DNA of 64,000 nt from Candidatus Saccharimonadota bacterium (GCA_028288965.1 JAQGHD010000019.1:25202-89201), one strand, 5' to 3'; shown: positions 19,411-30,043, counted from the stretch's first letter. The notes: generated by a model not told the origin, from the letters alone. Numbers and translations: made by a program.

Positions 19411-20478
19411 TTGTGGGCAGTGAAGGCAATCTTGAGACAAGCGGGGGTATGGTGCGGACTTTTTGTGGTGCTGTGTTTGCTGTTGGCGACTACGCCGCAA
19501 GCGGCGGCTCAGTCCAGCGGCGAGCTGAACCTGACCACTTCACCGTTACCGATCAATCTGGAGGTCAAGCCCGGAAATACTATCAGCACCGATTTGAGAG
19601 TCCAAAACTCTGGCAACCAAACCGAAACGCTTAAAATAGACCTGCAAAAATTCAAAGCTTATGGCGAAGACGGCAAGCCGCAACTCATTGCTCGGGAGCC
19701 GGGTGATGATTATTTTGACTGGGCGCATTTTTCCCAGACTACGTTCACGGCGGAGCCAAATGTCTGGACGACGATTAAAATGACTATTGCGGTCCCAAAA
19801 ACGGCGGCGTTTGGCTACTACTATGCGGTGGTGTTTTCGCGCGCTCATAACACTGTGGCGTCGCAGCCGCGGGCTAACTCTATTGTTGGCGGCACGGCGA
19901 CCCTGGTGCTGCTCGATGCCCAGGTACCTGGTGCCAAGAAGCAAGTAGACGTTATGGCCTTTATCTCAGATAAAAAGCTGTATGAGTATCTGCCGGCGCA
20001 GTTCACGATTCGCTTGCGGAATGCCGGGGTCGTGCACGTGGCGCCCAGCGGCACTCTGTTCATCCTGCGCGGTAAAAAACAGGTGGATCTCATAAACATC
20101 AACCCCGAAAAAGGCAATATTTTGCCCGGTTCTAACAGAATTTTCCGCATTGGTTGGGATAACGGCTTTCCGCGCTACGTGGCTTCGTCCAGCAATGGCC
20201 AAGTCATAAAAGACAAAAACGGCCAAGACGTCCAAAATCTAAAATGGGATTTTTCCCAGGCCTCACACCTTAGGATCGGACGCTACACTGCCAAATTACT
20301 GCTGACGTACGATAACGGCAGCCGGGACGTACCCATCCAGGCCAGTGTTAGCTTTTGGGTGCTACCCTGGAAGCTGTTAGCTGGCTTCTTGGTTTTCCTG
20401 GGGCTGTGCGGAGCCGGTTTGTGGTTTATTGCCAGGTCTTTGCTGCGCAAACTTAAAGCACCAAAAAGTCCGCGATGA
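19411..20478 (+). CDS. DUF916/DUF3324-like (WxL-interacting) membrane-anchored protein
   Basis: VPKTAAFGYYYAVVF, NAGVVHVAPSG, NILPGSNR, IGRYTAKL, FWVLPWK plus C-terminal TM. Confidence 0.7.
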   Translation: MWAVKAILRQAGVWCGLFVVLCLLLATTPQAAAQSSGELNLTTSPLPINLEVKPGNTISTDLRVQNSGNQTETLKIDLQKFKAYGEDGKPQLIAREPGDDYFDWAHFSQTTFTAEPNVWTTIKMTIAVPKTAAFGYYYAVVFSRAHNTVASQPRANSIVGGTATLVLLDAQVPGAKKQVDVMAFISDKKLYEYLPAQFTIRLRNAGVVHVAPSGTLFILRGKKQVDLININPEKGNILPGSNRIFRIGWDNGFPRYVASSSNGQVIKDKNGQDVQNLKWDFSQASHLRIGRYTAKLLLTYDNGSRDVPIQASVSFWVLPWKLLAGFLVFLGLCGAGLWFIARSLLRKLKAPKSPR

Positions 20479-21434
20479 AACGGTTCGCCACCGCCCTAAC
20501 ACTTATATGCATGGGTCTGCTGTTGGGGCAGCCACAACCGACCCGGGCGGCCACCAAGCCTGGACTCACGCTCGAACCATACATCAAAGAATTAACGATT
20601 GGGGCAGACGATGCCAGCAGCGGTTTTGACCTGCATGTTACGAATAACTCCGGTCGAGATGGCAACTTTCAACTGACGGCGGTTGATTTTGGTAGCTTGA
20701 ACGACAGCGGCGGCCTGCTATTTGGCGGCGTGAACGAGAGTAAGTTGGTGAAAAAATATGGCTTGGCGAACTGGCTAACCTTGCCCAAACAGCCAGTAGC
20801 CATAAAACAAGGCGTAAGCACGGCGGTACGCGTAACGCTCACCAATGACCGTAACTTAACACCGGGCGGCCATTATGCGGGGGTGTTTATCACCCCAACG
20901 TTTGGCGCGGCTTCACCAAAGATCAACATTAACCAAACCGTTACGGCTCTGGTGCTGGCGGTCAAAAAAGGCGGCGATGTGCACGATTTGCGGCTGGTTC
21001 ATACCAGCGATGACCATAGTCTTTTTCGGGCTCCAGCGCGCGCGACGCTTAGTTTTCATAACCCAGGCAATGTTCACGTGGTTCCCAGAGGCATTGTCAT
21101 GCTTAAGCAGGGTGACACGGTAGTGGCCAAAGGTATTATCAATGAGCAGTCAGCTTTTGTGCTGCCCGAAGCACGTCGAAAATATGACGTCGCCCTTAAA
21201 CCCCAAAAGGGGGCCAAGCCCGGATGGCTAACCACAACCTATACCATGCAGGTTGATTACCGCTATGACGGCTATCAGTATTATGCCTCGTCCCACTATC
21301 AACTACGGGTATGGAATGCCGCGGCCTATGAAATCGGCGCAGTGGTGGTTCTGGGCTTTGGCGTGGTACTGTTACTGGCGTTCAGGCGAAAAAAATCTCG
21401 CCCCCGGCGGTTTAAACTTTTTCGGCACGAATGA
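20475..21434 (+). CDS. DUF916-like membrane-anchored protein (paralog)
   Basis: LTPGGHYAGV, HNPGNVHVVPRG, VLPEARR, C-terminal TM plus basic tail. Confidence 0.7.
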   Translation: MKRFATALTLICMGLLLGQPQPTRAATKPGLTLEPYIKELTIGADDASSGFDLHVTNNSGRDGNFQLTAVDFGSLNDSGGLLFGGVNESKLVKKYGLANWLTLPKQPVAIKQGVSTAVRVTLTNDRNLTPGGHYAGVFITPTFGAASPKININQTVTALVLAVKKGGDVHDLRLVHTSDDHSLFRAPARATLSFHNPGNVHVVPRGIVMLKQGDTVVAKGIINEQSAFVLPEARRKYDVALKPQKGAKPGWLTTTYTMQVDYRYDGYQYYASSHYQLRVWNAAAYEIGAVVVLGFGVVLLLAFRRKKSRPRRFKLFRHE

Positions 21435-22044
21435 GGTCAATCAAAGCTTTTTCGGATTCGATGATAACGGTTTGACGGCGCACTGAAATAATGCCTTTTT
21501 GCTCTAGCTCACGCATAAATCGGTTAACGGTCTCGCGGGTGGTGCTGATTGATTCGGCTATTTCGCCGTGCGTCATGGGTACATCAATAATAATGCGGCC
21601 GCCAGATTTGACACCAAGCCGCATACCAAAGTAATACAGCCGCTCCAGCAAGCGCTGCATGGTTTGGGTGCTCAGCAAGCTATCTATCTGATCACCCTGG
21701 ACGGACATCATATTGGTTAGGGTGTTGAACATTTCGGTACCATATTTGCCAGAGCGTATGGCTTGGTCAAACTTTTGGCGCGATATAGTAACAACGCTCA
21801 AGGTTTTGAGAACTTTGTAATGGAGTGTCCGGCCAGAGTATAAGCTGTTTTTCTGAGGTGTTCTTACCGGAAATATTTCACCACTGAGTCGAATAAGAAG
21901 CAATCTGTTAGTCTTTTTTTGACGGGGGAAGTGACTGTATACCGCCAGCACACCCGAGCGAATGAAGTGAACATCACTGCCGAGGGGTACAGCATCGCCT
22001 TTGGCATATACCGCAACCTTACCACCTTTAAACATCTCTTCCAT
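21412..22044 (-). CDS. CRP/FNR-family transcriptional regulator
   Basis: cNMP-like N-domain (FIRSG..GEIF), HTH MTHGEIAESISTTRETVNR. Confidence 0.9.
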   Translation of the reverse strand: MEEMFKGGKVAVYAKGDAVPLGSDVHFIRSGVLAVYSHFPRQKKTNRLLLIRLSGEIFPVRTPQKNSLYSGRTLHYKVLKTLSVVTISRQKFDQAIRSGKYGTEMFNTLTNMMSVQGDQIDSLLSTQTMQRLLERLYYFGMRLGVKSGGRIIIDVPMTHGEIAESISTTRETVNRFMRELEQKGIISVRRQTVIIESEKALIDLIRAEKV

Positions 22045-22120
22045 ATGCTAACCTAAGATACCTTATTTATTTGCAACTTTCCAATCTATGTTGCTGTTAA
22101 TTAGGTCTTTTATACTGTGT

Positions 22121-22136
22121 TGTGATATTTGTCATA
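22121..22136. promoter_or_regulatory. CRP-type binding site
   Basis: TGTGA-tatttg-TCATA (9/10 match to TGTGA-N6-TCACA) between the divergent crp-like and giant-protein genes. Confidence 0.6.
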
Positions 22137-22193
22137 TACGTGCGTATTTGTTATGCTTACTTTGATATCAAATAGGGATAATAAACACGAGCT

Positions 22194-25100
22194 ATGAGCT
22201 CAAATCGCAAAGTGTTTTTGGTCACATGGCGTGGGCTGCTGGTGATACTACTCGGTACAGTCGGCTGGTTCGTGGCGACCACCGCTCGCGCCCAGGCTGC
22301 CGGCCCGGCCCTCATTAATTTCCAGGGCAAGGTAGTGAACGCTGACGGCACCAATGTAGCCAACGGCAGTTATAACTTTGATTTTGTATTGTTTGATGAC
22401 TCAAGCCTAGGAACACCCAGTGACGGTGTGCATGATAAATGGCATGAACTAACCAAGAGCACCACCGTTACCAACGGTGTTTTTCAGACCAACTTAGGTT
22501 CTGCCACGGCTTTGCCGGACTTTAACGCCAATCCTACGCTGTACCTGGCGGTTAAATTTAACGGTGATGCCGCCGGCTATATGACGCCGCGGGTGCGCAT
22601 AACGTCATCACCGTATGCGCTGAATGCCGATAACCTGAATGGCTTGACCAGCGCGGCCTTTGGACAGCTATCTACCGCCAACGCCTGGACTAATACCACC
22701 TCCATAACTACTACCTCAACTACAGCCTTTCAGGTCAAAAACAGTTCAGGCCAGATCCTCACCGTAGATACCTCTGGCAACCAAGTCATCTTGGGCAAAG
22801 CTGGCGGCAGTGGCATCACCGGGCTGCTGGCCTGGCAAAACTCAACCAACGCCAACACAGTCGGGCTGACCAGTGGCACCACCAGTTCCTCGTATGTTTT
22901 GACGCTGCCCACAGCCCTGCCAGGAACCACTCAGTGTATTGCCAGTAGTAACACCGGCGCGCTGAGCTTCACTGGTTGTTCAGGCGGCAGCAGCACGTTT
23001 GCTACCACCTATAGCGGCGGGGCCAGCCAAACTGACAGCACAGTGACTCTGGATAGCACGCGGCTGGGACTAATCATCAAAGACAACGCTACTCCAGTAA
23101 CGGGCAGTGCCTTTCAGGTCCAAAACTCGGCCGGGCAGCAAGCCTTTGCCGTCAACACCTCCGGCACTAACAGCAACAACCTGATTGGCAACGCTAGTGT
23201 CGAATTGGCTATTGCCGTAGCCGCTGGGAACTGGAAACTAAAAGGTAGCGCGGCCGTCAGCCAAAGCAGCTTGCAAGCCTACCTGGGCACCAACTCACTC
23301 AAAGTTATCTCTACCGCCGCCACCAACGATGGCGCTCAGCAGCAACTGGCCTCGACGCTGAGCGTCAGTTCCCGCTACATTGCCTCGTTCTATGCCAAAC
23401 TCGATGCGGCCTCCAACTTCACGACCACCAATGGTATGAGTACCCTGACGGCTGGTTATTCATCCACCGGTGCTTCCGATGACACGCCGTGCACGCTCAA
23501 TACCTCAACCGTCAACAGCAGTGGCTGGACCAAGATCACTTGTAGCTTTACCACCCCGGCTTCAACCAGTAGCTCCAACTATTTTTATATCAAGCAAACT
23601 GATGCCAAAATCTACACCTACTACATTGATGCGGTGTTGCTGCAGACCGAAGCCAATGCCCAGAATAATTACCGTGAGGGCCAAGTATCGGTCCAAAGCG
23701 TGATAGTCAGCCCGCTGATTTTGCAAAACAGTTCTAATTCGTCGAACGGTTTGCTGGTACAAAACGCCTTGGGTACCAACATATTTGGGGTGGATACCAC
23801 TGACAGTAACCTGATCACCAATCCGGGGTTTGAACTAAACACCACCGGGTGGACTAGCGTCGCTGGTGGCGGCACCTCCACGATCACGAGGGATACCAGT
23901 CAGTCGTGGTTGGGCAATGCCTCCATGGGCATCACAACGGCCAGCGGCACCAATGCCGGCGCCAAATACGTGACCGGCAATGTCCAACCTACCCAATTGG
24001 CGGTGTCTTCTAGCTATACGTTGTCTTGGTATGCCAAGCTTTCGGCCAGTACCTTTACCGATATGCGGGCGGTGTATGCGCGCGATGGTTCCACGGAAAC
24101 GGCTTGCCTATCGAGCTTAACGGTGGTGACCGCTGGCTGGACGCGTTATAGCTGTACGGTCGCAACCGATGGTACGCTGCCGGCTTCTACGGCTTACCTA
24201 GCCATTGAGCAGGTAGGCAGTGCCAGCCGTACCTTTTGGCTGGACGGCGTGCAATTGGAGCCTGGTACCGTAGCCACCCCATATGGTGCCGGTGGCTTTA
24301 GCTTTAACGGCACAGTCAACTCGCCCCTATTTATTAAAAACGTGGCCAACTCTACCACGGCTTTTCAGGTGGCGAATGCTTCTGGCGTAGCCCTGATGAC
24401 CGTTGATACCTTAAACAGCAGCCTGAACCTGGGTTCGGGTTCTGGCCTAACCGGTAAATTGAGCCTCAGCAATGCTACCAATAACAATACCGCAAGCATT
24501 CAATCTGGTGTTACCTCTGGCTCATACACCTGGACGCTGCCCGCAGCTGATGCGGCTGGTTGTTTGCAGTCCAACGGCTCAGGAACCCTTTCTATTTCAG
24601 CTTGCGGCGACACTCACAAAGACGTCGTGAGCTCTACCAGTACCTGGACCAAACCCACCAACGCTTTAATGATCATGGTTGAAGCCTGGGGTAGCGGCGG
24701 GGGCGGGGGCGGTGGTGCTGGGAACTCGACGGCAGCCGCCCGAACTGGCGGCGGTGGTGCCGGTGGCGGGGCGTATAACTCCGTGACCATGGCGGCATCA
24801 GACGTGGGGGCCACCGTGCCTATTACTGTCGGTGTTGGCGGTACGGCCGGTACGGCTGGGGCCACGGCCGTCGGTGGTAATGGCGGTGCTGGTAACACCA
24901 GTTGTTTTAGTACAACCACGGCCTGTGCTGGCACAGTGTATCTCAGATCCTTTGGCGGCGGCGGTGGCTCTGGTGCCGGGGCGGCTGGTAATGGCGGTGG
25001 TGGCGGTGGTGGTTCTCAGCAGGTTGGCTTCAGCTCAGCTGGTTCAACCGGCGGTGGCGGCGGTGGCGGTCCAAGCGGTGGTGGTGTGGGTGCCAATGCC

Positions 25101-26768
25101 GCAGGTTGGGGCGGCGCCGGCGGCCAAACAGCCATAGCTAACCCTTCGGCAGCTGGCGGCGGCGTGGGTGTCTTTGGCGGTGGCGCCGGCGGTGCTTCAT
25201 CAATTGATGGTACGGCGGCCTCTGGCCAAGGCGGCGGCAGTATGAAAGGCGGCGCAGCCGGTGGCGCCGGCGGTAGTTGTGCCATTACCACCTGTACGAC
25301 CCGAGCCGGTGGCGCCGGGGGGAATACATCTTCTGTTACTTTTGGCGGTGCGGCTAACGGCGGCAGTGGTGCCGGCGTAGCTGGCACGGCCGGAACAGCT
25401 GGGGTAGGCTCAGGGGGTTACGGTGGCGGCGGCGGTGCCAGTAACAACGCTGGTGCGGGCGGCGCTGGCGCCGTAGGTGGCGTAGAAGGTGGCGGCGGTG
25501 GCGGCGGTGGCGCTGGTGAAACAACCACTGGTGGCATTGGCGGTATCGGTGGAGCTGGTGAAGTCCGCATTTGGACACTCCGCGGTACGGGTGCCGACTT
25601 AGCCGAAATCTACTGCAGTAACGATACCAGCCTGGCTCCCGGTAATACGGTGGCCATAGATCCGAGCCTGCAGGCCGGGGTCCGCAAAACCACCAAAGCG
25701 TATGATTCAACCGCCCTGGGCACTATCTCTACCAGCCCAGGTTTAGTGACCGGAGCTACCGAAGAAACCTGTGCCAAACCGGTGTTGGTGGCCTTGGCCG
25801 GACGGGTGCCGGTAAAAGTCAATGCCCAGAACGGTCCCATTAAAGCCGGTGATTTATTAACCGCTTCATCTACACCAGGCGAAGCCATGAAAGCCACTAA
25901 GGCCGGTACCATTATTGGCCAGGCTATTACTACCTATGACAGCAGTATGCCGGACGGCTATGTGGTAGCCTTTGTTAAAAGCAGTCAAACCGTTGGCAGC
26001 GGCTTGTTCGATGCCATTCCGGGCCTCACGCCGCCCAGCGATCAAGCCGCGCAAGTGCTTTCATTGCAGCAGCAAGCCCTCGATTACCTTGTCCATCACC
26101 AGCAAGATTTGTCCAAGCAAGCTAACCTATCGGAAATTGTCACCGACCGTGTCAGCGCCGGACTGGAAATCATTACGCCATCGATCCTGGCTGGAAATGT
26201 ATCGGCCAATAGCATTAGTTCGGCCATTGGCAGCGACATAAACCTCGTGCCCGGCAAAGACGGAAAAGTAGTATTAAAAGATCAATCCGGCCAAGTAAAA
26301 ATGAGTTTTGATAGTAGCGGCAGCGCCTCCTTTGCTCTGGACTTAAGTGTGGGTGGACTGCTCAAAGTTGGCGGCGGAATTCAGGTTAGTGGCTTAGCCA
26401 CTTTTGGAGGAACCGTTGAATTTCAGCAACTGGCCAAGTTCCTCGGGGGCGTCGAATTTAATAGCGACGTTAGTTTCCTGGGCCGGCCAATCTTTAATGA
26501 CGACAGCGGCGGCTTTGCGGTGGTTGGTACTGGTCAAACCACCCAAGTCGTGACGTTTGCTAAGCCGTACACGGACCTGCCGGTGGTGAATCTTAGCATC
26601 AGCGATGGCCAGTTTGCCCTGTATGCCTATAGTTACTTGAAGGATAGTGATCAAAAAATTACCGGCTTCACCATTACCCTCCAACAAGCGGCCGCCAGTG
26701 ATATTCGGTTTGCCTGGTCGGCTATAGCTGTTAAAAATGCAAAAACGGTGACTAGCGCTGGCCCGTAG
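22194..26768 (+). CDS. Giant secreted fibre/adhesin-like protein (CBM-like repeats, Gly-rich region, peptidase G2/IMC-like domain)
   Basis: Signal peptide, two NLI.N..(V/F)E...W carbohydrate-binding-like modules, long GGGG-rich tract, GADLAEIY...VALAGRVPVKV...IKAGDLLT. Confidence 0.75.
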   Translation: MSSNRKVFLVTWRGLLVILLGTVGWFVATTARAQAAGPALINFQGKVVNADGTNVANGSYNFDFVLFDDSSLGTPSDGVHDKWHELTKSTTVTNGVFQTNLGSATALPDFNANPTLYLAVKFNGDAAGYMTPRVRITSSPYALNADNLNGLTSAAFGQLSTANAWTNTTSITTTSTTAFQVKNSSGQILTVDTSGNQVILGKAGGSGITGLLAWQNSTNANTVGLTSGTTSSSYVLTLPTALPGTTQCIASSNTGALSFTGCSGGSSTFATTYSGGASQTDSTVTLDSTRLGLIIKDNATPVTGSAFQVQNSAGQQAFAVNTSGTNSNNLIGNASVELAIAVAAGNWKLKGSAAVSQSSLQAYLGTNSLKVISTAATNDGAQQQLASTLSVSSRYIASFYAKLDAASNFTTTNGMSTLTAGYSSTGASDDTPCTLNTSTVNSSGWTKITCSFTTPASTSSSNYFYIKQTDAKIYTYYIDAVLLQTEANAQNNYREGQVSVQSVIVSPLILQNSSNSSNGLLVQNALGTNIFGVDTTDSNLITNPGFELNTTGWTSVAGGGTSTITRDTSQSWLGNASMGITTASGTNAGAKYVTGNVQPTQLAVSSSYTLSWYAKLSASTFTDMRAVYARDGSTETACLSSLTVVTAGWTRYSCTVATDGTLPASTAYLAIEQVGSASRTFWLDGVQLEPGTVATPYGAGGFSFNGTVNSPLFIKNVANSTTAFQVANASGVALMTVDTLNSSLNLGSGSGLTGKLSLSNATNNNTASIQSGVTSGSYTWTLPAADAAGCLQSNGSGTLSISACGDTHKDVVSSTSTWTKPTNALMIMVEAWGSGGGGGGGAGNSTAAARTGGGGAGGGAYNSVTMAASDVGATVPITVGVGGTAGTAGATAVGGNGGAGNTSCFSTTTACAGTVYLRSFGGGGGSGAGAAGNGGGGGGGSQQVGFSSAGSTGGGGGGGPSGGGVGANAAGWGGAGGQTAIANPSAAGGGVGVFGGGAGGASSIDGTAASGQGGGSMKGGAAGGAGGSCAITTCTTRAGGAGGNTSSVTFGGAANGGSGAGVAGTAGTAGVGSGGYGGGGGASNNAGAGGAGAVGGVEGGGGGGGGAGETTTGGIGGIGGAGEVRIWTLRGTGADLAEIYCSNDTSLAPGNTVAIDPSLQAGVRKTTKAYDSTALGTISTSPGLVTGATEETCAKPVLVALAGRVPVKVNAQNGPIKAGDLLTASSTPGEAMKATKAGTIIGQAITTYDSSMPDGYVVAFVKSSQTVGSGLFDAIPGLTPPSDQAAQVLSLQQQALDYLVHHQQDLSKQANLSEIVTDRVSAGLEIITPSILAGNVSANSISSAIGSDINLVPGKDGKVVLKDQSGQVKMSFDSSGSASFALDLSVGGLLKVGGGIQVSGLATFGGTVEFQQLAKFLGGVEFNSDVSFLGRPIFNDDSGGFAVVGTGQTTQVVTFAKPYTDLPVVNLSISDGQFALYAYSYLKDSDQKITGFTITLQQAAASDIRFAWSAIAVKNAKTVTSAGP

Positions 26769-26824
26769 GGCGTTTGCACACACAGATGTGATTAAGCTAC
26801 ACTAATACTAGTCAGTGAGGGAAC

Positions 26825-27295
26825 ATGGACGAATCAGACGGTCACACAAAAACGGCCAAGCTCAAAAATCATAACCATTTAAGCACCAAAATTCTATCCG
26901 TGCTGGTAGCGTTATTGCTGGTGAGCACCGTTGTTTTAAGCTGGCGTTATAACCAGGCGCGTCATGAAGTCAAAAATCTTAAGAACCCCCAAAATTCGGT
27001 CAAACAAGAAGCCGATGCTTTGAAGGCCAAAGTTGGTCAACTAGTTGATCTGCCGGCCGAGGAACCAACTATTGCCGCCGTCAGTGATGTCACCAAATTG
27101 CAGGGCCAAGCCTTTTTTGCCAAAGCCCAAAACGGAGATAAAGTTTTGATTTTTCCCAATGCTGCCCGAGCCGTGTTGTACCGGCCGAGCACCAATAAAG
27201 TTATTGAATACGCCCCGGTCAACCTCGGGACCAGCGCCACTGCCGGCACCACCCCAAGCACGCCAATCCCCACTCCCACTGTCAAAAAGAAATAG
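26825..27295 (+). CDS. Single-TM hypothetical protein
   Basis: TM, coiled coil, EEPTIA.V.D..KL..Q.FF..AQNGDKVL. Confidence 0.75.
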   Translation: MDESDGHTKTAKLKNHNHLSTKILSVLVALLLVSTVVLSWRYNQARHEVKNLKNPQNSVKQEADALKAKVGQLVDLPAEEPTIAAVSDVTKLQGQAFFAKAQNGDKVLIFPNAARAVLYRPSTNKVIEYAPVNLGTSATAGTTPSTPIPTPTVKKK

Positions 27296-27383
27296 TAGCC
27301 ATAGCTTACAGTTTCTAAAACGCTAAAGCTATAAAGTAGTGGGCATGGTTTGCTATAATCGATTTGAGGAGTACCCAGCGCTC

Positions 27384-28499
27384 ATGAAAGCCAGTTTGCA
27401 AGACTCGTTACAGCGTTTACTAAACTCGGCAGATATCCGGCTGAATGGTAGCCGGCCGTGGGATGTGCAGGTGCATAACTCGGGGCTGTACAAGCGGGCC
27501 ATAGCCGGCGGCAGTTTGGGCGTAGGTGAAGCCTACATGGACGGCTGGTGGGATTGCCGCCGGCTGGACGACATGCTGACCCGAGTTTTTATGGCTCAGA
27601 TCGATCATAAACTGGTCGGCAATTTGCGCATCTTGCTCAAGATGGCCAGCACAAAAATCATTAATCCGCAGACGCTCAGGCGGGCCTTTGTGGTTGGTCA
27701 GCGACATTACGACCTGGGTAATGATCTGTACGAGGCCATGCTGGATTCGCGGCTGACCTACAGTTGCGGCTACTGGAAAACGGCCAAGGATCTGGACCAA
27801 GCTCAAACCGCCAAGCTTGATTTAATTTGCCGAAAGCTTGATTTAAAACCAGGCATGGCCTTACTGGACATTGGTTGTGGCTGGGGCAGTTTGATGGCTT
27901 ATGCGGCAGAAAAATATAAGGTTAAAGCCACCGGTGTAACGGTATCAAGCCAGCAAGCAGATTACATTAAAAAACGTTATAAACATTTGCCAATCTCTGT
28001 TCGCTTGGCCGATTACCGCACGCTGAGCGGCCAGTTTGATCGGATAGCCAGTGTGGGCATGTTTGAACACGTGGGAGCCAAAAACTATCAGACATTTATG
28101 AAGGTAGCCGAGCGTTGCCTAAAAGATGATGGATTATTTTTACTCCACACCATCGGCAGCAGTACTCCTCATTTTGGCACGGACCCTTGGATAGATAAGT
28201 ATATTTTCCCCAACAGTTTAATCCCAGCTGCTTCTATGATTACCAAAGCCTATGAAGGCAAGTTTGTTATGGAAGATTGGCAAAATTTTGGACCGGACTA
28301 TGATAAAACACTGCAAGCTTGGCACAAAAATTTTAATAAAGCTTGGCCGCAATTAAAAGGTATGTACGATGAACGCTTTCGGCGCATGTGGAATTTTTAT
28401 CTTATGGCGTCAATGGCGCAATTTCGAACTCGCAAGTTGCAGCTCTGGCAAATTGTGCTATCCAAAGATCAGCCGCAGCGCTACGACGCCCCGCGTTAG
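27384..28499 (+). CDS. cfa: Cyclopropane-fatty-acyl-phospholipid synthase
   Basis: HYDLGNDLY, YSCGYW, LDIGCGWG, SVGMFEHVG, WIDKYIFP. Confidence 0.95.
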   Translation: MKASLQDSLQRLLNSADIRLNGSRPWDVQVHNSGLYKRAIAGGSLGVGEAYMDGWWDCRRLDDMLTRVFMAQIDHKLVGNLRILLKMASTKIINPQTLRRAFVVGQRHYDLGNDLYEAMLDSRLTYSCGYWKTAKDLDQAQTAKLDLICRKLDLKPGMALLDIGCGWGSLMAYAAEKYKVKATGVTVSSQQADYIKKRYKHLPISVRLADYRTLSGQFDRIASVGMFEHVGAKNYQTFMKVAERCLKDDGLFLLHTIGSSTPHFGTDPWIDKYIFPNSLIPAASMITKAYEGKFVMEDWQNFGPDYDKTLQAWHKNFNKAWPQLKGMYDERFRRMWNFYLMASMAQFRTRKLQLWQIVLSKDQPQRYDAPR

Positions 28500-28581
28500 A
28501 TCTTTATTGCACTAGCACGAATGCTGGCAGGCTTTCAGGCATGAGCACTTTATTCGGAACACTTTTTGCTATTATGCAGGT

Positions 28582-29085
28582 ATGGCAGTTCTTGTAATAC
28601 GACACGGATTATCTGAAGCAAACAATCGAAATAATGTTGGTATGCTAGCTTTTGCTAGCAAAGATGCGCCACTCATGGAGCAGGGTAGGCAACAAGCTCG
28701 AGAACTGACTGCAATACTCCGAATCGAACATGACATTGACACGGCCAAAACCCCAGTGGCTACTTCAGAATTACTCCGAACCCAGCAGACCGCAGAGGAA
28801 GCTGGCTTTACAAATATTTCTATTTATCCGGTGCTTAATGAAGTGGCTCACGGGATTGCCTTGCCGGGTTTGCGAGAGATGCTTGATCAGAAAAAATTGC
28901 CTGATGTTGCTCTCCAGGCAGCCCATGCAATTTTAGAAAATCCGCCGGCAGAAGATATCTGGGTTACCCATGGCTTAGTCATAGCTAGCTTGTGCCAGGT
29001 ATTGGACGTTGCTAGAGAGGATCGTTTTATCCCCAGGTTTTGTGAGAGACGAGAGCTTCCAATTGACTTGCCGGCTGCAGCATAA
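28582..29085 (+). CDS. Histidine phosphatase family protein
   Basis: RHG motif, S.L.RTQQTA, VTHG. Confidence 0.85.
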   Translation: MAVLVIRHGLSEANNRNNVGMLAFASKDAPLMEQGRQQARELTAILRIEHDIDTAKTPVATSELLRTQQTAEEAGFTNISIYPVLNEVAHGIALPGLREMLDQKKLPDVALQAAHAILENPPAEDIWVTHGLVIASLCQVLDVAREDRFIPRFCERRELPIDLPAAA

Positions 29086-29149
29086 ATTGTGTCCCTAACA
29101 CTCCAAGCAAAAGACTCCTCAAGTATAAGGAGCCTTTTGGTTAGGGTGT

Positions 29150-30007
29150 TTAGTTGTTGATGTTGTTCATAAGGCCTCCTTTCTTCATTGCGTCGATCAG
29201 CCGCGTTAACCCAATCCCGCCGCCACTGCGAGGGAAGAAGTTAAGCTCCAAGAACTCCTGAAGTTCACTAATGACTCGTTGTTTGCCAAACAGATCGAAT
29301 AATTTCTGTGCATATTTGCCGCCGCTAATGGTGTGGAATTCGTGCTGCATGTCCGTAACGCTACTGCTACGTTCGGCGCTGCCGATGGTTTCGTTGCCAG
29401 CAAGAATAACATCTATTTTGTGGGCATGATCCCGGCCCTTTTTCTTCATGTTCCAGAAAGGCGATGTATAGGTAGGGAAATCCCGGCAAAACACCACCGC
29501 GCCAAAGTCTTGCTGCATTTCGTTTTCGTGAGCATGGGTGAGTTCGCGAGTTTTGTAGTGATGCTTCAGTTCGTCATATTTTTTGAAGTGGTAGTCGCTG
29601 GATTTGCCAAAGCCGAGGTATTCTAGGAGCTCGGTCTCGAATTTCATAAGTTGTTCTATGTTGCCCTTCAGTTCAAACTCGAACATTGGGAATAGTATTT
29701 TATGGCGCCCAGGCACAGGGTGCTGTTCGTTACGGTAGCTGGTGCTGACACAAAATACTCCTGGCACCTCCGGCCGGGTAAGTAGTTCGTACTCCAGCCA
29801 CATTTGCCCGGTTTGGGGCAAGGGCCAGACCTCGCCAGCATAGTGGTAAGTGGCTACTGTGTCAGGATCTTCGCAAGCCGCCAGAATGCTGAGCCTATCT
29901 TGGGTGCTAACTTCAATAAAGCCCTTTTTAAGGCAGAAGCTTCGCAGCTTGTTTACCACGGCACTAAACGCGGTGGTGTCTTCTACTCCTTTATAATTGT
30001 TGACCAT
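29150..30007 (-). CDS. Class II aaRS catalytic-domain-only protein (AsnRS-like / asparagine synthetase-like)
   Basis: LPQTGQMWLE, SYRNE (motif 2), ETIGSAER, RSGGGIGLTRL (motif 3), no anticodon-binding domain. Confidence 0.85.
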   Translation of the reverse strand: MVNNYKGVEDTTAFSAVVNKLRSFCLKKGFIEVSTQDRLSILAACEDPDTVATYHYAGEVWPLPQTGQMWLEYELLTRPEVPGVFCVSTSYRNEQHPVPGRHKILFPMFEFELKGNIEQLMKFETELLEYLGFGKSSDYHFKKYDELKHHYKTRELTHAHENEMQQDFGAVVFCRDFPTYTSPFWNMKKKGRDHAHKIDVILAGNETIGSAERSSSVTDMQHEFHTISGGKYAQKLFDLFGKQRVISELQEFLELNFFPRSGGGIGLTRLIDAMKKGGLMNNINN

Positions 30008-30043
30008 TGTTCCTCCTTTTTTGGGTTGATAATTTTAGTGCAT

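Noticed and set aside
24614-25710. Pro-rich minus-strand ORFs and GGC repeats
   Set aside because: Consequence of the polyglycine coding tract, not separate genes or a DNA repeat element.
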